Shown here one piece after another: positions 46,122-56,986 of a stretch of 61,283 nt of DNA. The stretch is taken from NCBI RefSeq assembly GCF_050178175.1, contig NZ_JBFXGH010000002.1, positions 1 to 61,283 on the forward strand, read 5' to 3'. The stretch is from Sphaerochaeta sp. (lineage in GTDB: Bacteria; Spirochaetota; Spirochaetia; Sphaerochaetales; Sphaerochaetaceae). The position numbers and the translations under genes were made by a program. The notes under the pieces are model-generated. The model was not told where the DNA came from, searched no databases, and saw only the letters and a program-made list of their open reading frames with translations. Positions within the stretch are counted from its first letter, which is position 1; each line of letters begins with the position of its first letter.

Positions 46122-47867
46122 GTGAGTGCATTACCTACCTGGGATTTGGATCCCATCTATCCTGGCTGCACCAGCAAGGAATTTCAACATGACCTGCAAT
46201 GGGTGGTCACCGCTTCTACAGAGCTTGAGGCAAGCTTTGTAGATACCAGAAAGGATTTGAAAGAGCTCATTTCTACCTATGAGCTGATCCTTGACTACCT
46301 GGAGAATCTCGATGCATACAGTGCTGCATGTCTTACTACCGATACTGCAAATGAGGAGTATATGAAGGCAGTTTCCCAGACTGAGGAAGCTTCGTTGGTG
46401 GTTCAGCATATGCAAGTTGCCTTTCTCAATTTTCTGGCCACCAGGGCAGAGGAAATAGCCCAGCGAAGTGGGGAAGGTGGGGACCTTGAAGCATACCGAT
46501 TCCCACTGAATGAACTCTTGGAAGAACAGCGCCATCTGATGAGCGAGGAGATGGAAAATCTTGCCAGCGACCTTGCCCGCAGCGGTACTGATGCCTTTTC
46601 CCGTTTACAGGAAGCATTGAGCAGCAGTGTTTCCACTACCTGGGATGAGCAAACTGAGAAAACTGTTATCCAACTGAGAAATGAAGCCTTCAATGCTGAT
46701 AGGAGTATCCGTAAAAAAGCATTCGAGAAAGAGCTGGAGATATGGAAGGCCTATGAGATTGCCTTTGCCTCGAGTCTGAACGGAGTGAAGGGAACCACCA
46801 TCACCTTGGATGCGAGGAGAGGCTATGCTTCCCCACTTGACCGTTCCCTGATGCAGTCACGAATTGACCGTCCTATCCTTGATGCGCTGATCACCACCAT
46901 TGAAAAGAACCTGCCCATGTTCAGGGGATACCTGCAGAACAAGGCCAAGGCACTGGGGTTGGAGAGCTGTGCATTCTATGACCTTTTTGCCCCGGTGGGC
47001 AAGGAAGAACAACACTTCAGCTATGAGGAAGCCCATGCGTTCATCGTCCAGCAGTTCAGTTCCTTTGATCCTGAGATGGGATCCTTTGCTGACCAGGCAT
47101 TCAGGAATCGATGGATTGACAGCGAGAGCAGGAAGGGCAAGGTAGGGGGAGCCTACGATACGGCTTTCCCCCTGGCAAAGCAGAGTAGGATCCTCTCAAA
47201 CTTTGATTTCACGTATAATGGGGTATCCACCCTTGCCCATGAACTGGGCCATGCCTGGCATGACCACGTGGTACTGCAGAAGAGCAACCTTCTACGTTCC
47301 TATCCGATGACCTTGGCAGAGACTGCTTCCATCTTCAGCGAGTTCCTAGTATTCCAGGGAGCATTGGAGGAGAGCAACAAAGAGGGAAAACTTGCCCTCA
47401 TCGAACACTTCCTGCAGGATGCCACGCAGGTGTGTGTCGATATCTTGAGCCGGTTTTATTTTGAGAGTGCGGTATTCAGTAGACGAAAAGAGGGAGACTT
47501 GAGCGCCAGTGCATATTCAGCCCTGATGGAAGATGCCCAGAAGAGGACATATGGGGATGGACTTTGCGTCTACCATCCGTACATGTGGGCGGTGAAAGGG
47601 CACTACTACTCTTCAGATTTCTCCTTCTATAACTATCCGTATGCGTTTGGGCAGCTGTTTGCCTTGGGACTCTGGGCTCAGAGCAAACAAACAGGTACGG
47701 ATTTTCCTGCTTCCTACAAGGAACTGCTTGGAGCAACCGGCAGCCTGCCTGCCTCAGAGGTGGCTGGATTGGCCGGGATCGATCTTGCTGATATCTCATT
47801 CTGGCAGGAAGCGATGGATGTCATTGCCTCCTATGCGAAGGAATTTGCCGATGGCTTATCAGATTGA
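46122..47867 (+). CDS. M3B oligoendopeptidase F
   Basis: WDL..IY, R.GK.GGAY, TLAHELGH, LAETAS.F.E, FYNYPYAFG. Confidence 0.93.
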   Translation: MSALPTWDLDPIYPGCTSKEFQHDLQWVVTASTELEASFVDTRKDLKELISTYELILDYLENLDAYSAACLTTDTANEEYMKAVSQTEEASLVVQHMQVAFLNFLATRAEEIAQRSGEGGDLEAYRFPLNELLEEQRHLMSEEMENLASDLARSGTDAFSRLQEALSSSVSTTWDEQTEKTVIQLRNEAFNADRSIRKKAFEKELEIWKAYEIAFASSLNGVKGTTITLDARRGYASPLDRSLMQSRIDRPILDALITTIEKNLPMFRGYLQNKAKALGLESCAFYDLFAPVGKEEQHFSYEEAHAFIVQQFSSFDPEMGSFADQAFRNRWIDSESRKGKVGGAYDTAFPLAKQSRILSNFDFTYNGVSTLAHELGHAWHDHVVLQKSNLLRSYPMTLAETASIFSEFLVFQGALEESNKEGKLALIEHFLQDATQVCVDILSRFYFESAVFSRRKEGDLSASAYSALMEDAQKRTYGDGLCVYHPYMWAVKGHYYSSDFSFYNYPYAFGQLFALGLWAQSKQTGTDFPASYKELLGATGSLPASEVAGLAGIDLADISFWQEAMDVIASYAKEFADGLSD

Positions 47868-48993
47868 GAAGCTCATCCAGGGAGGAGCAGGCCTTGCTGC
47901 CAGTGAGGAAGGAAAACGTATCCTTGTCATGGATGTGCTCCCTGGTGAGGTGGTTGAGCTAGGGGACTTCCAGGAGAAGGCAGGGTACATCCGCTCTACC
48001 CTGCAAACCATCCTTCAAGCAAGTGAGGAGCGGACTACCCCTCCCTGTCCCTACTGGGGAGTGTGTGGGGGTTGTGATTTCCAGTATGCAAAGGATGAAG
48101 CTCAGGGGATTCTGAAGGAAGGCATTGTCCTCGACAACATCAAGAGACTCGGAGGGATTGACCCAGCTTCCTTCCGTACAGAACGTCTTGAGACAGGTCC
48201 CGCTTGGGGGTACAGGAACAGGGTACGCTTCCATGTGGATATTGCTGCGCGCAAGGTAGGATTCCTTGGGCGAAAAAGCAAGTCCTTGGTGCCCATTGAT
48301 CATTGTCCCATACTCTGTGAGAAACTCAATGCACTGCTTGAGAACCCTGATCGGTTGTTCAAGGCAGCCAGAACACTGATGTTCTCGAACAAGGGTGGGA
48401 GAAGCGGATTTATCGAGGTTCCTGCTTTCTGTGGTGATGATGATGTCTCCTTGCTTGATGAAGTGGTCAAAACCACGGTGGGAGGGCATACCTTCTTTGT
48501 TGCGGCATCAGTGTTCTTCCAGTCCAATCAGTACTTGCTTCCCGCTCTCACCAGCTATGTAGCATCCCACGCAGTGGGTGATACCGTTATGGATCTCTAT
48601 AGTGGAGTAGGGACCTTCAGTGCCTTTCTGCAGCAGCAAGGTCGACGTGTGATTGCTGTCGAGCGACAGAGGCAGTGCCTCTCCCTCGCCAAGAGGCATA
48701 CTCCTGATTGTGAGTTCTATAGTGAGCCGGTTGAGCGTTGGGCCAAGGAGAGGAAAGGTTCGGTGGATACGGTTGTGGTAGATCCCCCCAGGGTTGGCCT
48801 CGATGCATCACTCCCTTCCCTGATTGCTTCCTGGAAGAGCCGTCGTATCATCTATGTCTCATGCAACAGTGTTACACTGGGACGAGACTTGCAACGATTT
48901 GCCTCTGAGGGCTACACTCTTACCCAGGTGAAGGTGTTCGACCTCTATCCACAGACGTTTCATAGTGAAGTCGTTGCCATCCTTGACCGGTAG
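47851..48993 (+). CDS. RlmD/TrmA-family RNA m5U methyltransferase
   Basis: CP...CGGC Fe-S motif, FFQSN, DLYSGVG, DPPR.G, YVSCN, HSE. Confidence 0.9.
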   Translation: MAYQIEKLIQGGAGLAASEEGKRILVMDVLPGEVVELGDFQEKAGYIRSTLQTILQASEERTTPPCPYWGVCGGCDFQYAKDEAQGILKEGIVLDNIKRLGGIDPASFRTERLETGPAWGYRNRVRFHVDIAARKVGFLGRKSKSLVPIDHCPILCEKLNALLENPDRLFKAARTLMFSNKGGRSGFIEVPAFCGDDDVSLLDEVVKTTVGGHTFFVAASVFFQSNQYLLPALTSYVASHAVGDTVMDLYSGVGTFSAFLQQQGRRVIAVERQRQCLSLAKRHTPDCEFYSEPVERWAKERKGSVDTVVVDPPRVGLDASLPSLIASWKSRRIIYVSCNSVTLGRDLQRFASEGYTLTQVKVFDLYPQTFHSEVVAILDR

Positions 48994-49005
48994 GGAGAAA
49001 AGACC

Positions 49006-50919
49006 ATGAAAGATGGGTTTGTCAAATGTGCAGTTGCCTCAGCCTCCGTTCGCGTAGCGGATCCCATATACAATTCAGCATCCATTGTTGCGCTCATGCG
49101 TTCAGCAGTAGAGAGGGAAGTTCGGCTTCTCGTACTGCCGGAGCTGGTAACCACTGCCTACACCTGTGCCGATCTTTTTCTTCAGAAATCCTTACAGAAC
49201 GGAGCTGTTGATGCAATAGCCAAGGTGGTGGAAGAGAGCAGGAACAGCGACCTCCTGGTGGTTTTTGGCTCTCTTGTTCCACTTCATGGACGCTTGTACA
49301 ACTGCGCTGTGGTAGTCCAAGGTGGACGCATTCTAGGCATGGTGCCCAAGCAACATCTGCCAAACTATCTTGAGTATTATGAGAAACGTTGGTTCCGTGT
49401 TCCCTCTGATGAGAATATTGAAATAGAATTTCTTGGTCAGCGTACCTACTTCGGTACTCGATTGCTCTTTACCTGTACCAATCTTCCCGAGTTGGTGGTT
49501 GCTTGTGAAGTGTGTGAGGATCTTTGGGTTCCTCGCTCTCCCAGTACTGATCATGCAGTTGCTGGTGCGACGGTAATAACCAACTGTTCTGCAAGTGATG
49601 AATTGGTCGGAAAGGAAGCGTATCGTCGTTCCCTCGTGGAGACCCAGAGCGCTCGACTGCTCTGTGCGTACCTTTACAGCGATGCAGGTGAGGGTGAGTC
49701 CACCACCGATCTTGTGTTCTCTCCCCATAACCTGATCTATGAGGATGGCCATAGGCTTGCTGAAGAGAGTGGGGTGAGTGACTCGCTCCTTGTAACAGAG
49801 ATAGATGTCCAGAAACTTGTCTTGGAGCGAATCCGTAGGCAGAGTTTTGGCTACGATGACCGTGCTTATCAACGCATACCCTTTACCCTTGAGGAGCGGC
49901 ACTGCTCCTTGACCCGGAAGTTTGACAGGAATCCGTTTGTTCCCTCCGATGAGCAGACGAGGACCGCTCGCTGTGAGAAGATTCTGACCTTGCAGTCCCT
50001 TGGGTTGAAGAAACGACTCGAACACACGAAAGCAAAAAAAGTGATCGTGGGGCTGTCGGGAGGGCTGGACTCTACCTTGGCCTTGCTTGTCTGTGTCAGG
50101 GCTTTCGATGCCCTCAACCTTCCCAGGAGTGGGGTTCTTGCCGTGACCATGCCAGGCTTCGGTACCACCAAGCGTACCAAGGGGAATGCCACCAAGCTCG
50201 CCAAAGCGCTTGGTGTGGAATTATTGACCATCTCCATCTCCAAGGCAGTAGGACAACACTTCAAGGATATTGGTCATGACCCTGCTGTTACCGATGTCAC
50301 CTATGAGAACAGCCAAGCCCGTGAGCGTACCCAGGTCCTGATGGATCTTGCCAACAAGAGGGGTGGGTTGGTTATCGGAACGGGAGATCTTTCAGAGCTT
50401 GCCCTTGGTTGGGCAACGTATAACGGGGACCATATGTCGATGTACGGGGTGAATACCTCAGTTCCCAAGACCTTGGTAAGACATCTGGTTGCCTACATTG
50501 CCATGATCAGCGAGCCTTCATTGAAGAAAGTATTGCTGGATGTTGTGGATACCCCGGTCAGCCCTGAGTTGCTTCCTGCCAAGGGCGATGGAACAATCAG
50601 CCAGGTGACCGAGGATCTTGTGGGGCCCTATGAACTCCATGATTTCTTCCTTTACCAAGTGGTTCGATTCGGATACAGTCCTGCAAAGGTATACCGTCTT
50701 GCCCAGTATGCTTTTTCCGGTATCTATGAGCCTGATTTCATCCTTGGTTGGTTGAAAACTTTCTATCGACGGTTCTTCAGCCAGCAATTCAAGCGGTCAT
50801 GTCTCCCTGATGGCCCGAAAATTGGATCGGTCTCCCTCTCTCCCCGTGGGGATTGGCGGATGAGTAGTGATTCCTCTGTGGCTCTCTGGCAACAAGAGTT
50901 GGAAACGCTAGCAGAGTGA
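49006..50919 (+). CDS. nadE: Glutamine-dependent NAD+ synthetase
   Basis: Nitrilase domain (PEL, PK..LPNY.E, CEDLW) plus SGGLDS, ENSQARER, GTGDLSE. Confidence 0.97.
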   Translation: MKDGFVKCAVASASVRVADPIYNSASIVALMRSAVEREVRLLVLPELVTTAYTCADLFLQKSLQNGAVDAIAKVVEESRNSDLLVVFGSLVPLHGRLYNCAVVVQGGRILGMVPKQHLPNYLEYYEKRWFRVPSDENIEIEFLGQRTYFGTRLLFTCTNLPELVVACEVCEDLWVPRSPSTDHAVAGATVITNCSASDELVGKEAYRRSLVETQSARLLCAYLYSDAGEGESTTDLVFSPHNLIYEDGHRLAEESGVSDSLLVTEIDVQKLVLERIRRQSFGYDDRAYQRIPFTLEERHCSLTRKFDRNPFVPSDEQTRTARCEKILTLQSLGLKKRLEHTKAKKVIVGLSGGLDSTLALLVCVRAFDALNLPRSGVLAVTMPGFGTTKRTKGNATKLAKALGVELLTISISKAVGQHFKDIGHDPAVTDVTYENSQARERTQVLMDLANKRGGLVIGTGDLSELALGWATYNGDHMSMYGVNTSVPKTLVRHLVAYIAMISEPSLKKVLLDVVDTPVSPELLPAKGDGTISQVTEDLVGPYELHDFFLYQVVRFGYSPAKVYRLAQYAFSGIYEPDFILGWLKTFYRRFFSQQFKRSCLPDGPKIGSVSLSPRGDWRMSSDSSVALWQQELETLAE

Positions 50920-51004
50920 TATAAGAACCAAGTAAAAAAATTGCATTTCTTTTGTAGCTTCTTTGCCCCGTAGCTGTTATATAGGTGAGGAGTTGCTAGC
51001 CTGT

Positions 51005-51625
51005 ATGCGCAAAAGTACATTAATTCTCATACTCATCATGATCCTCATGGTTCCTTCCGCTATCGGAGCAAGGAGCTTACTCAACGTAAGCCTCGGCTTC
51101 GGTGCCACCTACTCACTTGAAGAAGCAGGTGATATTTCCCTTGGATTCAAGAATCCGGATAATTGGATGTTCTCAGGGGAGTTGAGTGCACGTCTTGGAT
51201 TCCTGCAAGGCCAGGCCATGGTCTACCCCATAACCTGTAGTGATGATGCACAGGGAGTCCTCCTGATTGGAATGGGTTCGGTGAGTCTGCCTGTTCTTGG
51301 CCCGGTACTTGCCCTGGAGTTCGGCGCTGGCCCCAGTGTCACCTATATGCCGACATCCTCAAGCAGTCAACGCTCATTTTATGAACTTGCAGATGGAGAA
51401 CGTGCTGATGCTGAGGAAAAGACCTTTAGTGAGGCAATGTTTGAAAGTCCGGTCTACCTTCAGATCGGTTTGGGCTCTGAAGTTGGCCCTGTGGGAATCA
51501 GGGCCAGATGGCTGATGGAAAGCGAAGCAACATTGGGTTCAGTGTATACCTCAAGCCAGTGGTGGGAAATATTTGCGATAGATAAGGCCTTCCTCTCCCT
51601 TGCGCTGACACTGAAAATGTTCTAA
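51005..51625 (+). CDS. Hypothetical secreted protein, putative small beta-barrel
   Basis: Signal peptide, alternating hydrophobic strands, C-terminal Phe. Confidence 0.65.
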   Translation: MRKSTLILILIMILMVPSAIGARSLLNVSLGFGATYSLEEAGDISLGFKNPDNWMFSGELSARLGFLQGQAMVYPITCSDDAQGVLLIGMGSVSLPVLGPVLALEFGAGPSVTYMPTSSSSQRSFYELADGERADAEEKTFSEAMFESPVYLQIGLGSEVGPVGIRARWLMESEATLGSVYTSSQWWEIFAIDKAFLSLALTLKMF

Positions 51626-51679
51626 ATTATGAACGCAATTAGTAATGTGTCATAAGAAAATGACAAAAGGGGTTATGAA

Positions 51680-52315
51680 ATGAAGAAAAAAAGCATGGTA
51701 TTACTGCTCATCGTGTGTGTGATGCTACCTACAGCACTGAGTGCTGCTGTTGTTGATCTGAGTTTGGGTGCTACTGCGCAGTACAACCAGACGCTTGGTA
51801 GTATCAGAACGGATATTGATAATAATGACTTCGACAGTATGAGTGATTTTGAAAACTACACCCTGGGTGCTGATCTCCGCGTGAAGCTACTCATTGCTGA
51901 AGTGGATGTGGTTGGTACCTTTGGAAACTATACCGATGAAGTTACCTTGGATGAGTACACTGAAATTTCCGCTCTCACCACAGCTGGTGTCTCGATGGAT
52001 CTTCTGGGGATCGCCCGCCTCGGCTTTGGCATGGGCCCACGCTTCCGCGTACTCATTGATGATGCAGGGGAAGCACAGATCATCGCAGAAACAGGTACTG
52101 TTGAATCCATGGATGATTTTGGTGATGCATTTGTGAATTCACCGGTTGCTTATCGTGCCACCGTTGACTTTAATCTGGGCAATATAATGCTCGGCTTGAA
52201 CTATACCCTGGATACTGACTATACCTTCAAGAATGCTGCACAGGTGGATGACCTCTTCAATGCCGATATTGATGATGGCAAGGTTGGTGTTTCTCTCCTG
52301 TTCTCACTCTTCTAA
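51680..52315 (+). CDS. Hypothetical secreted protein, putative small beta-barrel (paralog-like of the previous gene)
   Basis: Signal peptide (ALSA); SLGATA, GFGMGP, F.DAF.NSPV; C-terminal Phe. Confidence 0.7.
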   Translation: MKKKSMVLLLIVCVMLPTALSAAVVDLSLGATAQYNQTLGSIRTDIDNNDFDSMSDFENYTLGADLRVKLLIAEVDVVGTFGNYTDEVTLDEYTEISALTTAGVSMDLLGIARLGFGMGPRFRVLIDDAGEAQIIAETGTVESMDDFGDAFVNSPVAYRATVDFNLGNIMLGLNYTLDTDYTFKNAAQVDDLFNADIDDGKVGVSLLFSLF

Positions 52316-52334
52316 AATTACCTGCGTATTACCT

Positions 52335-52369
52335 ACAGGCCCGGAGAAATCCGGGCCTGTGTTGCTTTT
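52335..52369 (+). terminator. Rho-independent terminator
   Basis: ACAGGCCCGGA-GAAA-TCCGGGCCTGT followed by GTTGCTTTT. Confidence 0.8.
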
Positions 52370-52411
52370 CGCCTTTGTCCAAGTATGGTAGAGTAGTGAG
52401 AGGAGAACACC

Positions 52412-52741
52412 ATGGCAAGAAGAGGGTTTTTTCATGCATTTCTGTCAGCTGTAATTGTAGCAGTATTGAGCTTTTTTGTGATGTATTTCTTTATTCCCAG
52501 CATGGGAATGCAGTTTCTTGGTGTCAGCTTTGCCCTCCGCGAAGGATCGGTCAATGCCCAAGTGCTGGATGTGATCAGCGAGCAGGCGCAAGGCAACCCA
52601 GATTTCTCGAGGGAGTCGTTTGCCCGATTGCAGGAGCTTCTTTCCAGCCCTGAGGTCCAAGAGCAACTGAAGGATGCTGCAAAGGATGGCCAACAGGCCC
52701 TTGAATCTGCAGTGAAGCAATTGACGGAACGTGCCCAATGA
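52412..52741 (+). CDS. Small membrane-anchored hypothetical protein
   Basis: GAGGAG SD, N-terminal TM, helical C-terminus, ATGA-coupled to the next gene. Confidence 0.7.
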   Translation: MARRGFFHAFLSAVIVAVLSFFVMYFFIPSMGMQFLGVSFALREGSVNAQVLDVISEQAQGNPDFSRESFARLQELLSSPEVQEQLKDAAKDGQQALESAVKQLTERAQ

Positions 52742-53520
52742 TTCCCTTTGAAGTAATCTTTCTCGGCACAGGGACAAGCCATGGTGTTCCTGTCATTGGT
52801 TGTAAATGCCCTGTCTGTACTTCCAGCGACCCTCGGGACAAACGTTTTCGATCCAGTATCCTCATAAGGAGTGGCGAGCACTCGCTCTTGGTGGATACCA
52901 CTCCGGAGTTTCGCCTGCAAGCGCTTAGAGCTGATATTTCTCATCTTGATGCAGTGCTTTATACCCATGACCATGCTGATCATTTCAATGGAATTGATGA
53001 CCTGCGTGTCTTCTGTAAGGATCAAGTATTGCCTGTGTACTGCCAGGATGAGGTAAAGCATGCAATCATGGATCGTTTTCCCTATGTGCTTACCGGAAGC
53101 AAGGTAGCCGGAGGGGTCCCTCATCTCCAGCTCAATACCATGAAGGCATATGAAGCGGTTGAGATTGGACCCTTCACCGTAATACCCATTCCCATCCTGC
53201 ACGGCAAACGGGAGATTTTTGCGTTCAGGATTGGGGACTTTGCCTATGCAACCGACTGTAGCGAAGTACCGCTTGAGAGTCTTCCCTACTTTAGAGGTCT
53301 CGATACCCTAGTTGTGGGTGCATTGCGGTATTGGCCGCATCCGACCCACTACAGTGTATTCGAGGCAAAGGCCTTTGTAGAATTTGTTGGCGCAAAGCGT
53401 GCCTATTTCACTCATATCAGCCATAACATAAGCCATCAAAAGCTGGAAGATGAACTTCCATCCCATATTCATGTGGCTTATGATACGCTCTCGTTAACCA
53501 TAGGGGGATACCATGGATGA
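52738..53520 (+). CDS. MBL-fold metallohydrolase (PhnP-like)
   Basis: LGTGTS.GVP..GC.C..C, THDHADH, TDC, THISH. Confidence 0.92.
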   Translation: MIPFEVIFLGTGTSHGVPVIGCKCPVCTSSDPRDKRFRSSILIRSGEHSLLVDTTPEFRLQALRADISHLDAVLYTHDHADHFNGIDDLRVFCKDQVLPVYCQDEVKHAIMDRFPYVLTGSKVAGGVPHLQLNTMKAYEAVEIGPFTVIPIPILHGKREIFAFRIGDFAYATDCSEVPLESLPYFRGLDTLVVGALRYWPHPTHYSVFEAKAFVEFVGAKRAYFTHISHNISHQKLEDELPSHIHVAYDTLSLTIGGYHG

Positions 53521-56353
53521 ACTGTTTTCCAGTCAGGATTTTGATCAAGAGAAGTTGCAGGAGGAGGCAAAGGGTAGACCACTATCCGTACCTCCCAAGC
53601 AGGATGAGAAAAAGAGGGAGTCCACAACGCTCAGTGACCGAAAGAAATTATATATAGTTGATGGCTACGGCCTGATCTACCGCTCCTACTACGGATTTTT
53701 CAGGAATCCGATGCAGGATACCCAGGGAAACAACATATCTGCAGTATATGGATTCTTTTCCACGGTCTTGAAGTTGATACGTGAATACTCACCAGACTAT
53801 CTGGTGGTTGCAATGGACGGAAAGGAGAAGACGTTCCGTCATATAATGTATGAACCCTATAAAGCAACCAGGGATGCCGCACCAGAGGATCTCCATACTC
53901 AGGTACCCATTATCAACAACATCCTCAAGGCATTGAGGATTCCCTCCATCACAATGGAGGGATATGAGGCCGATGACATTATCGCCACCTTGAGCGAGGA
54001 GGCGACCCGCCATGGGATTGACACCATCATGTTCACCGGTGACAAGGACTTGCTCCAACTCGTGGATGAACACACCTTTGCCTTGAGACCTGCGAAGAAG
54101 AACGAAAAGTTCTACCAATTGATGGGAGACATTGAAGTTGAGGAGATGCTTGGGATCAAACCCTCCCAGGTAGTCGATTATCTCTCCCTGTTGGGTGATT
54201 CTTCGGATAATATCCCTGGGGTAAAAGGGATAGGGGAGAAAGGGGCTGCAAAGCTCTTGCAGCAATTTGGTACCCTTGACGGTATCTATGAACATATAAA
54301 GCTGGTTGCCCCCGGTCTGCAGAAGAAGTTGTTGGAAGGAAAGGAGAACGCGCATCTGAGCAAGCGTCTGGTCGTGCTGAGGCGTGACCTGTTCAATGTC
54401 GAAACCTTTGACACTGACCAGTACTTGGTCAAGGATGTCGACTATGAGGCAGCCATTCCCCTGTTCCAGGAGATTGGGATGCGAACCATCCTCAAGGAAC
54501 TTGGACGGGCCTCCGGGGGGGACGCCTCTTCATTCATTCCCGAGAAGCCTGTGAAGAAAGCCTCCAAGAACGGTTCATATGAGGCCGTGACGACCATCAA
54601 AGAGCTTTCTGAGTTGCTTGCATCATATGAGAAGGCAGGGAAGCCGGTAGCATTTGATCTTGAGACAACCAGTATTGATGAGATGGTTGCCGATGTTATT
54701 GGTTTCTCCTTCACCAATGAGGCAGAGAAGGCTTACTATGTTCCCTTGGTGCATGGGGGAAAGGAACTCCTGCCGCTCGATGAGGTGCGTGACTTACTTG
54801 CCGATTATCTTGGGAGTGGAAGACTCGAGCTTATCGGGCAGAACTTCAAGTATGACTACAAGGTATTGGTGCGTTGGGGGGTGGTTCCCAAACGTGTTGT
54901 CTTCGACACCATGGTTGCAGCATGGCTGCTGGATAGTACCTCGGTATTCAATATGGACTATCTTGCGGAGAAGTATCTGGGACATAAGACTGTTCACTAC
55001 AGCGATATTGTTCCCAAAGGGAAATTGCTGAGTGACATCCCTTTGGACCAAGTGATATTTTACGGTGCAGAGGATGCCGATGTGACCTTCCGCCTCTATG
55101 AGGTGTTCCTGGAACTACTCAAGGCAAGAGGCTTGCTGGATTTGCTCAATGAGATTGAAATGCCTTTGCTCCTGATCATCGCAAACATGGAACTGGCGGG
55201 TATTTACTTGGAGAGAAGTCGGATAGAGCCTCTTTCCAAGGAGTTTGAGAAGCGTATTGATGCCATCAAGGAGGAGATTTTCTCCATCTGTGGGCATAGC
55301 TTCAATCTGAACTCCCCGCAGCAATTGCAGGAAGTGCTTTTTGTAGAGCGTGAGATTCCTACCGGTGCCAAGACCCGCTCAGGATTCTCCACTGCAACTG
55401 AAGTACTGGAACCTTTGCAGGAGACCTACCGGGAAGTTGCCTTGATCTTGCAATACCGGATGCTCAATAAGCTCAAGAGTACCTATATCGACAAGCTTCC
55501 CCTCCAGATCAATGCTGAAACCGGCAGGATTCACCCTTCATTCAGCCAGACAGGGACTGAAACAGGAAGACTCTCATGCAAGGATCCCAACCTACAGAAC
55601 ATTCCAGTTAGGACCGAAGAGGGGAGAAGAATCCGTTCTGCGTTCATTCCCAAGAAGGGCCATCGGTTCCTCTCTGCTGACTACTCACAGATTGAGCTTG
55701 TGGTATTGGCACATATGGCGGATGACCCAGGGCTCAAGAGAGCATTTGAAGAGGGTGTGGACGTACATCGTTCTACCGCGAGCCTGATCTTCGATGTTCC
55801 CCTCGAAGAGGTAACCTCCAACCAACGCCGGATTGCCAAGACGATCAACTTCGGCGTCATGTACGGTATGGGGACCCATAGCCTGGCGAAGGACCTCAAG
55901 ATCTCACACAGCGAAGCGAAGCAATTCATTGATCAATATTTCCAACGCTATAGTCGGGTACAGTCCTTTGTTGAAACCATAAGGAGCCGCGCAGAGAAGG
56001 ATGGCTATGTAAGGACCTTGCTTGGGCATGTGAGAACCATCACCGAGATCAACAGCAGGAGTGCCGTCGAGCGTGCGAAAGCGCAGCGTATCGCGGTAAA
56101 TACTGTTATCCAGGGGACAGCGGCCGATATCATGAAGCTTGCAATGATCCGTGTCTCGGCCTTTATCAAGGGAAAAGGACTCAAGGCCACCTTGTTGTTG
56201 CAGATTCATGACGAACTGGTATTCGAAGTGCCCGAGGATGAGGTGGAAGAGACAGAACAGGTAGTACGGGAAGCTCTCGAAGGTGCCGTAAAGCTCAGTA
56301 TCCCGCTCAAGACCAGTATCGAGGTTGGGGACAACTGGGGAGATATCCACTGA
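53513..56353 (+). CDS. polA: DNA polymerase I
   Basis: 5'-3' exonuclease, FDLET 3'-5' exonuclease, ADYSQIEL, R..AK..NFG..YG, QIHDEL. Confidence 0.98.
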   Translation: MDELFSSQDFDQEKLQEEAKGRPLSVPPKQDEKKRESTTLSDRKKLYIVDGYGLIYRSYYGFFRNPMQDTQGNNISAVYGFFSTVLKLIREYSPDYLVVAMDGKEKTFRHIMYEPYKATRDAAPEDLHTQVPIINNILKALRIPSITMEGYEADDIIATLSEEATRHGIDTIMFTGDKDLLQLVDEHTFALRPAKKNEKFYQLMGDIEVEEMLGIKPSQVVDYLSLLGDSSDNIPGVKGIGEKGAAKLLQQFGTLDGIYEHIKLVAPGLQKKLLEGKENAHLSKRLVVLRRDLFNVETFDTDQYLVKDVDYEAAIPLFQEIGMRTILKELGRASGGDASSFIPEKPVKKASKNGSYEAVTTIKELSELLASYEKAGKPVAFDLETTSIDEMVADVIGFSFTNEAEKAYYVPLVHGGKELLPLDEVRDLLADYLGSGRLELIGQNFKYDYKVLVRWGVVPKRVVFDTMVAAWLLDSTSVFNMDYLAEKYLGHKTVHYSDIVPKGKLLSDIPLDQVIFYGAEDADVTFRLYEVFLELLKARGLLDLLNEIEMPLLLIIANMELAGIYLERSRIEPLSKEFEKRIDAIKEEIFSICGHSFNLNSPQQLQEVLFVEREIPTGAKTRSGFSTATEVLEPLQETYREVALILQYRMLNKLKSTYIDKLPLQINAETGRIHPSFSQTGTETGRLSCKDPNLQNIPVRTEEGRRIRSAFIPKKGHRFLSADYSQIELVVLAHMADDPGLKRAFEEGVDVHRSTASLIFDVPLEEVTSNQRRIAKTINFGVMYGMGTHSLAKDLKISHSEAKQFIDQYFQRYSRVQSFVETIRSRAEKDGYVRTLLGHVRTITEINSRSAVERAKAQRIAVNTVIQGTAADIMKLAMIRVSAFIKGKGLKATLLLQIHDELVFEVPEDEVEETEQVVREALEGAVKLSIPLKTSIEVGDNWGDIH

Positions 56354-56958
56354 TGATGGTTATCGGATTGACCGGTAGGGCATGTGCCGGCAAGGATCAG
56401 TATGCAGAGATATTTGCTTCTTTAGGTTGCCAAGTGGTCGATGTTGACTCCTTGGGCCATGATGCCCTCAATGAGAGCAAGGATGCTCTGAGGAAAGCCT
56501 TCGGCCAAGCGATTGTAAAGAGTGGAGAGGTCGACAGAAAGGCCTTGGGAAAGCTGGTGTTCAGCAACCCGGGAAAGCTGAGGGAGCTCGAGTCGATAAC
56601 CCATCCAAAAATGGTTGAGGCATGCAAACACCTGATCCAAAAGGCAAAAGAACAGCAAAAGCCTGCACTCATTCTCAACGCAGCACTGCTTAAGCGTATG
56701 GGCTTGGAGCCACTCTGTGACCATATATTGTTTATCAAGGCACCGTTGCTGTTACGTTTTTTTCGCTGTAAGGAGAGAGAAGGGCTCTCTCTGGGGCGTT
56801 TTCTAGAGAGGGAACATGCACAGTGGGATATTGTTCCAAAGGCCGATGATAAAGGCTTGGATGTGGTGGTATTGGGTAATCACCGTTCAAAGAAGGTAAT
56901 TCATCGACAAGTCATAACCTATTGTGATACCATAGGATTACGAATTTCATCACAGTGA
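56353..56958 (+). CDS. coaE: Dephospho-CoA kinase
   Basis: IGLTG....GK, D.D..GH, DRKALG..VF, LE.ITHP. Confidence 0.92.
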   Translation: MMVIGLTGRACAGKDQYAEIFASLGCQVVDVDSLGHDALNESKDALRKAFGQAIVKSGEVDRKALGKLVFSNPGKLRELESITHPKMVEACKHLIQKAKEQQKPALILNAALLKRMGLEPLCDHILFIKAPLLLRFFRCKEREGLSLGRFLEREHAQWDIVPKADDKGLDVVVLGNHRSKKVIHRQVITYCDTIGLRISSQ

Positions 56959-56986
56959 TGAAATCTTTTCCATACGAGGGTTTGAA

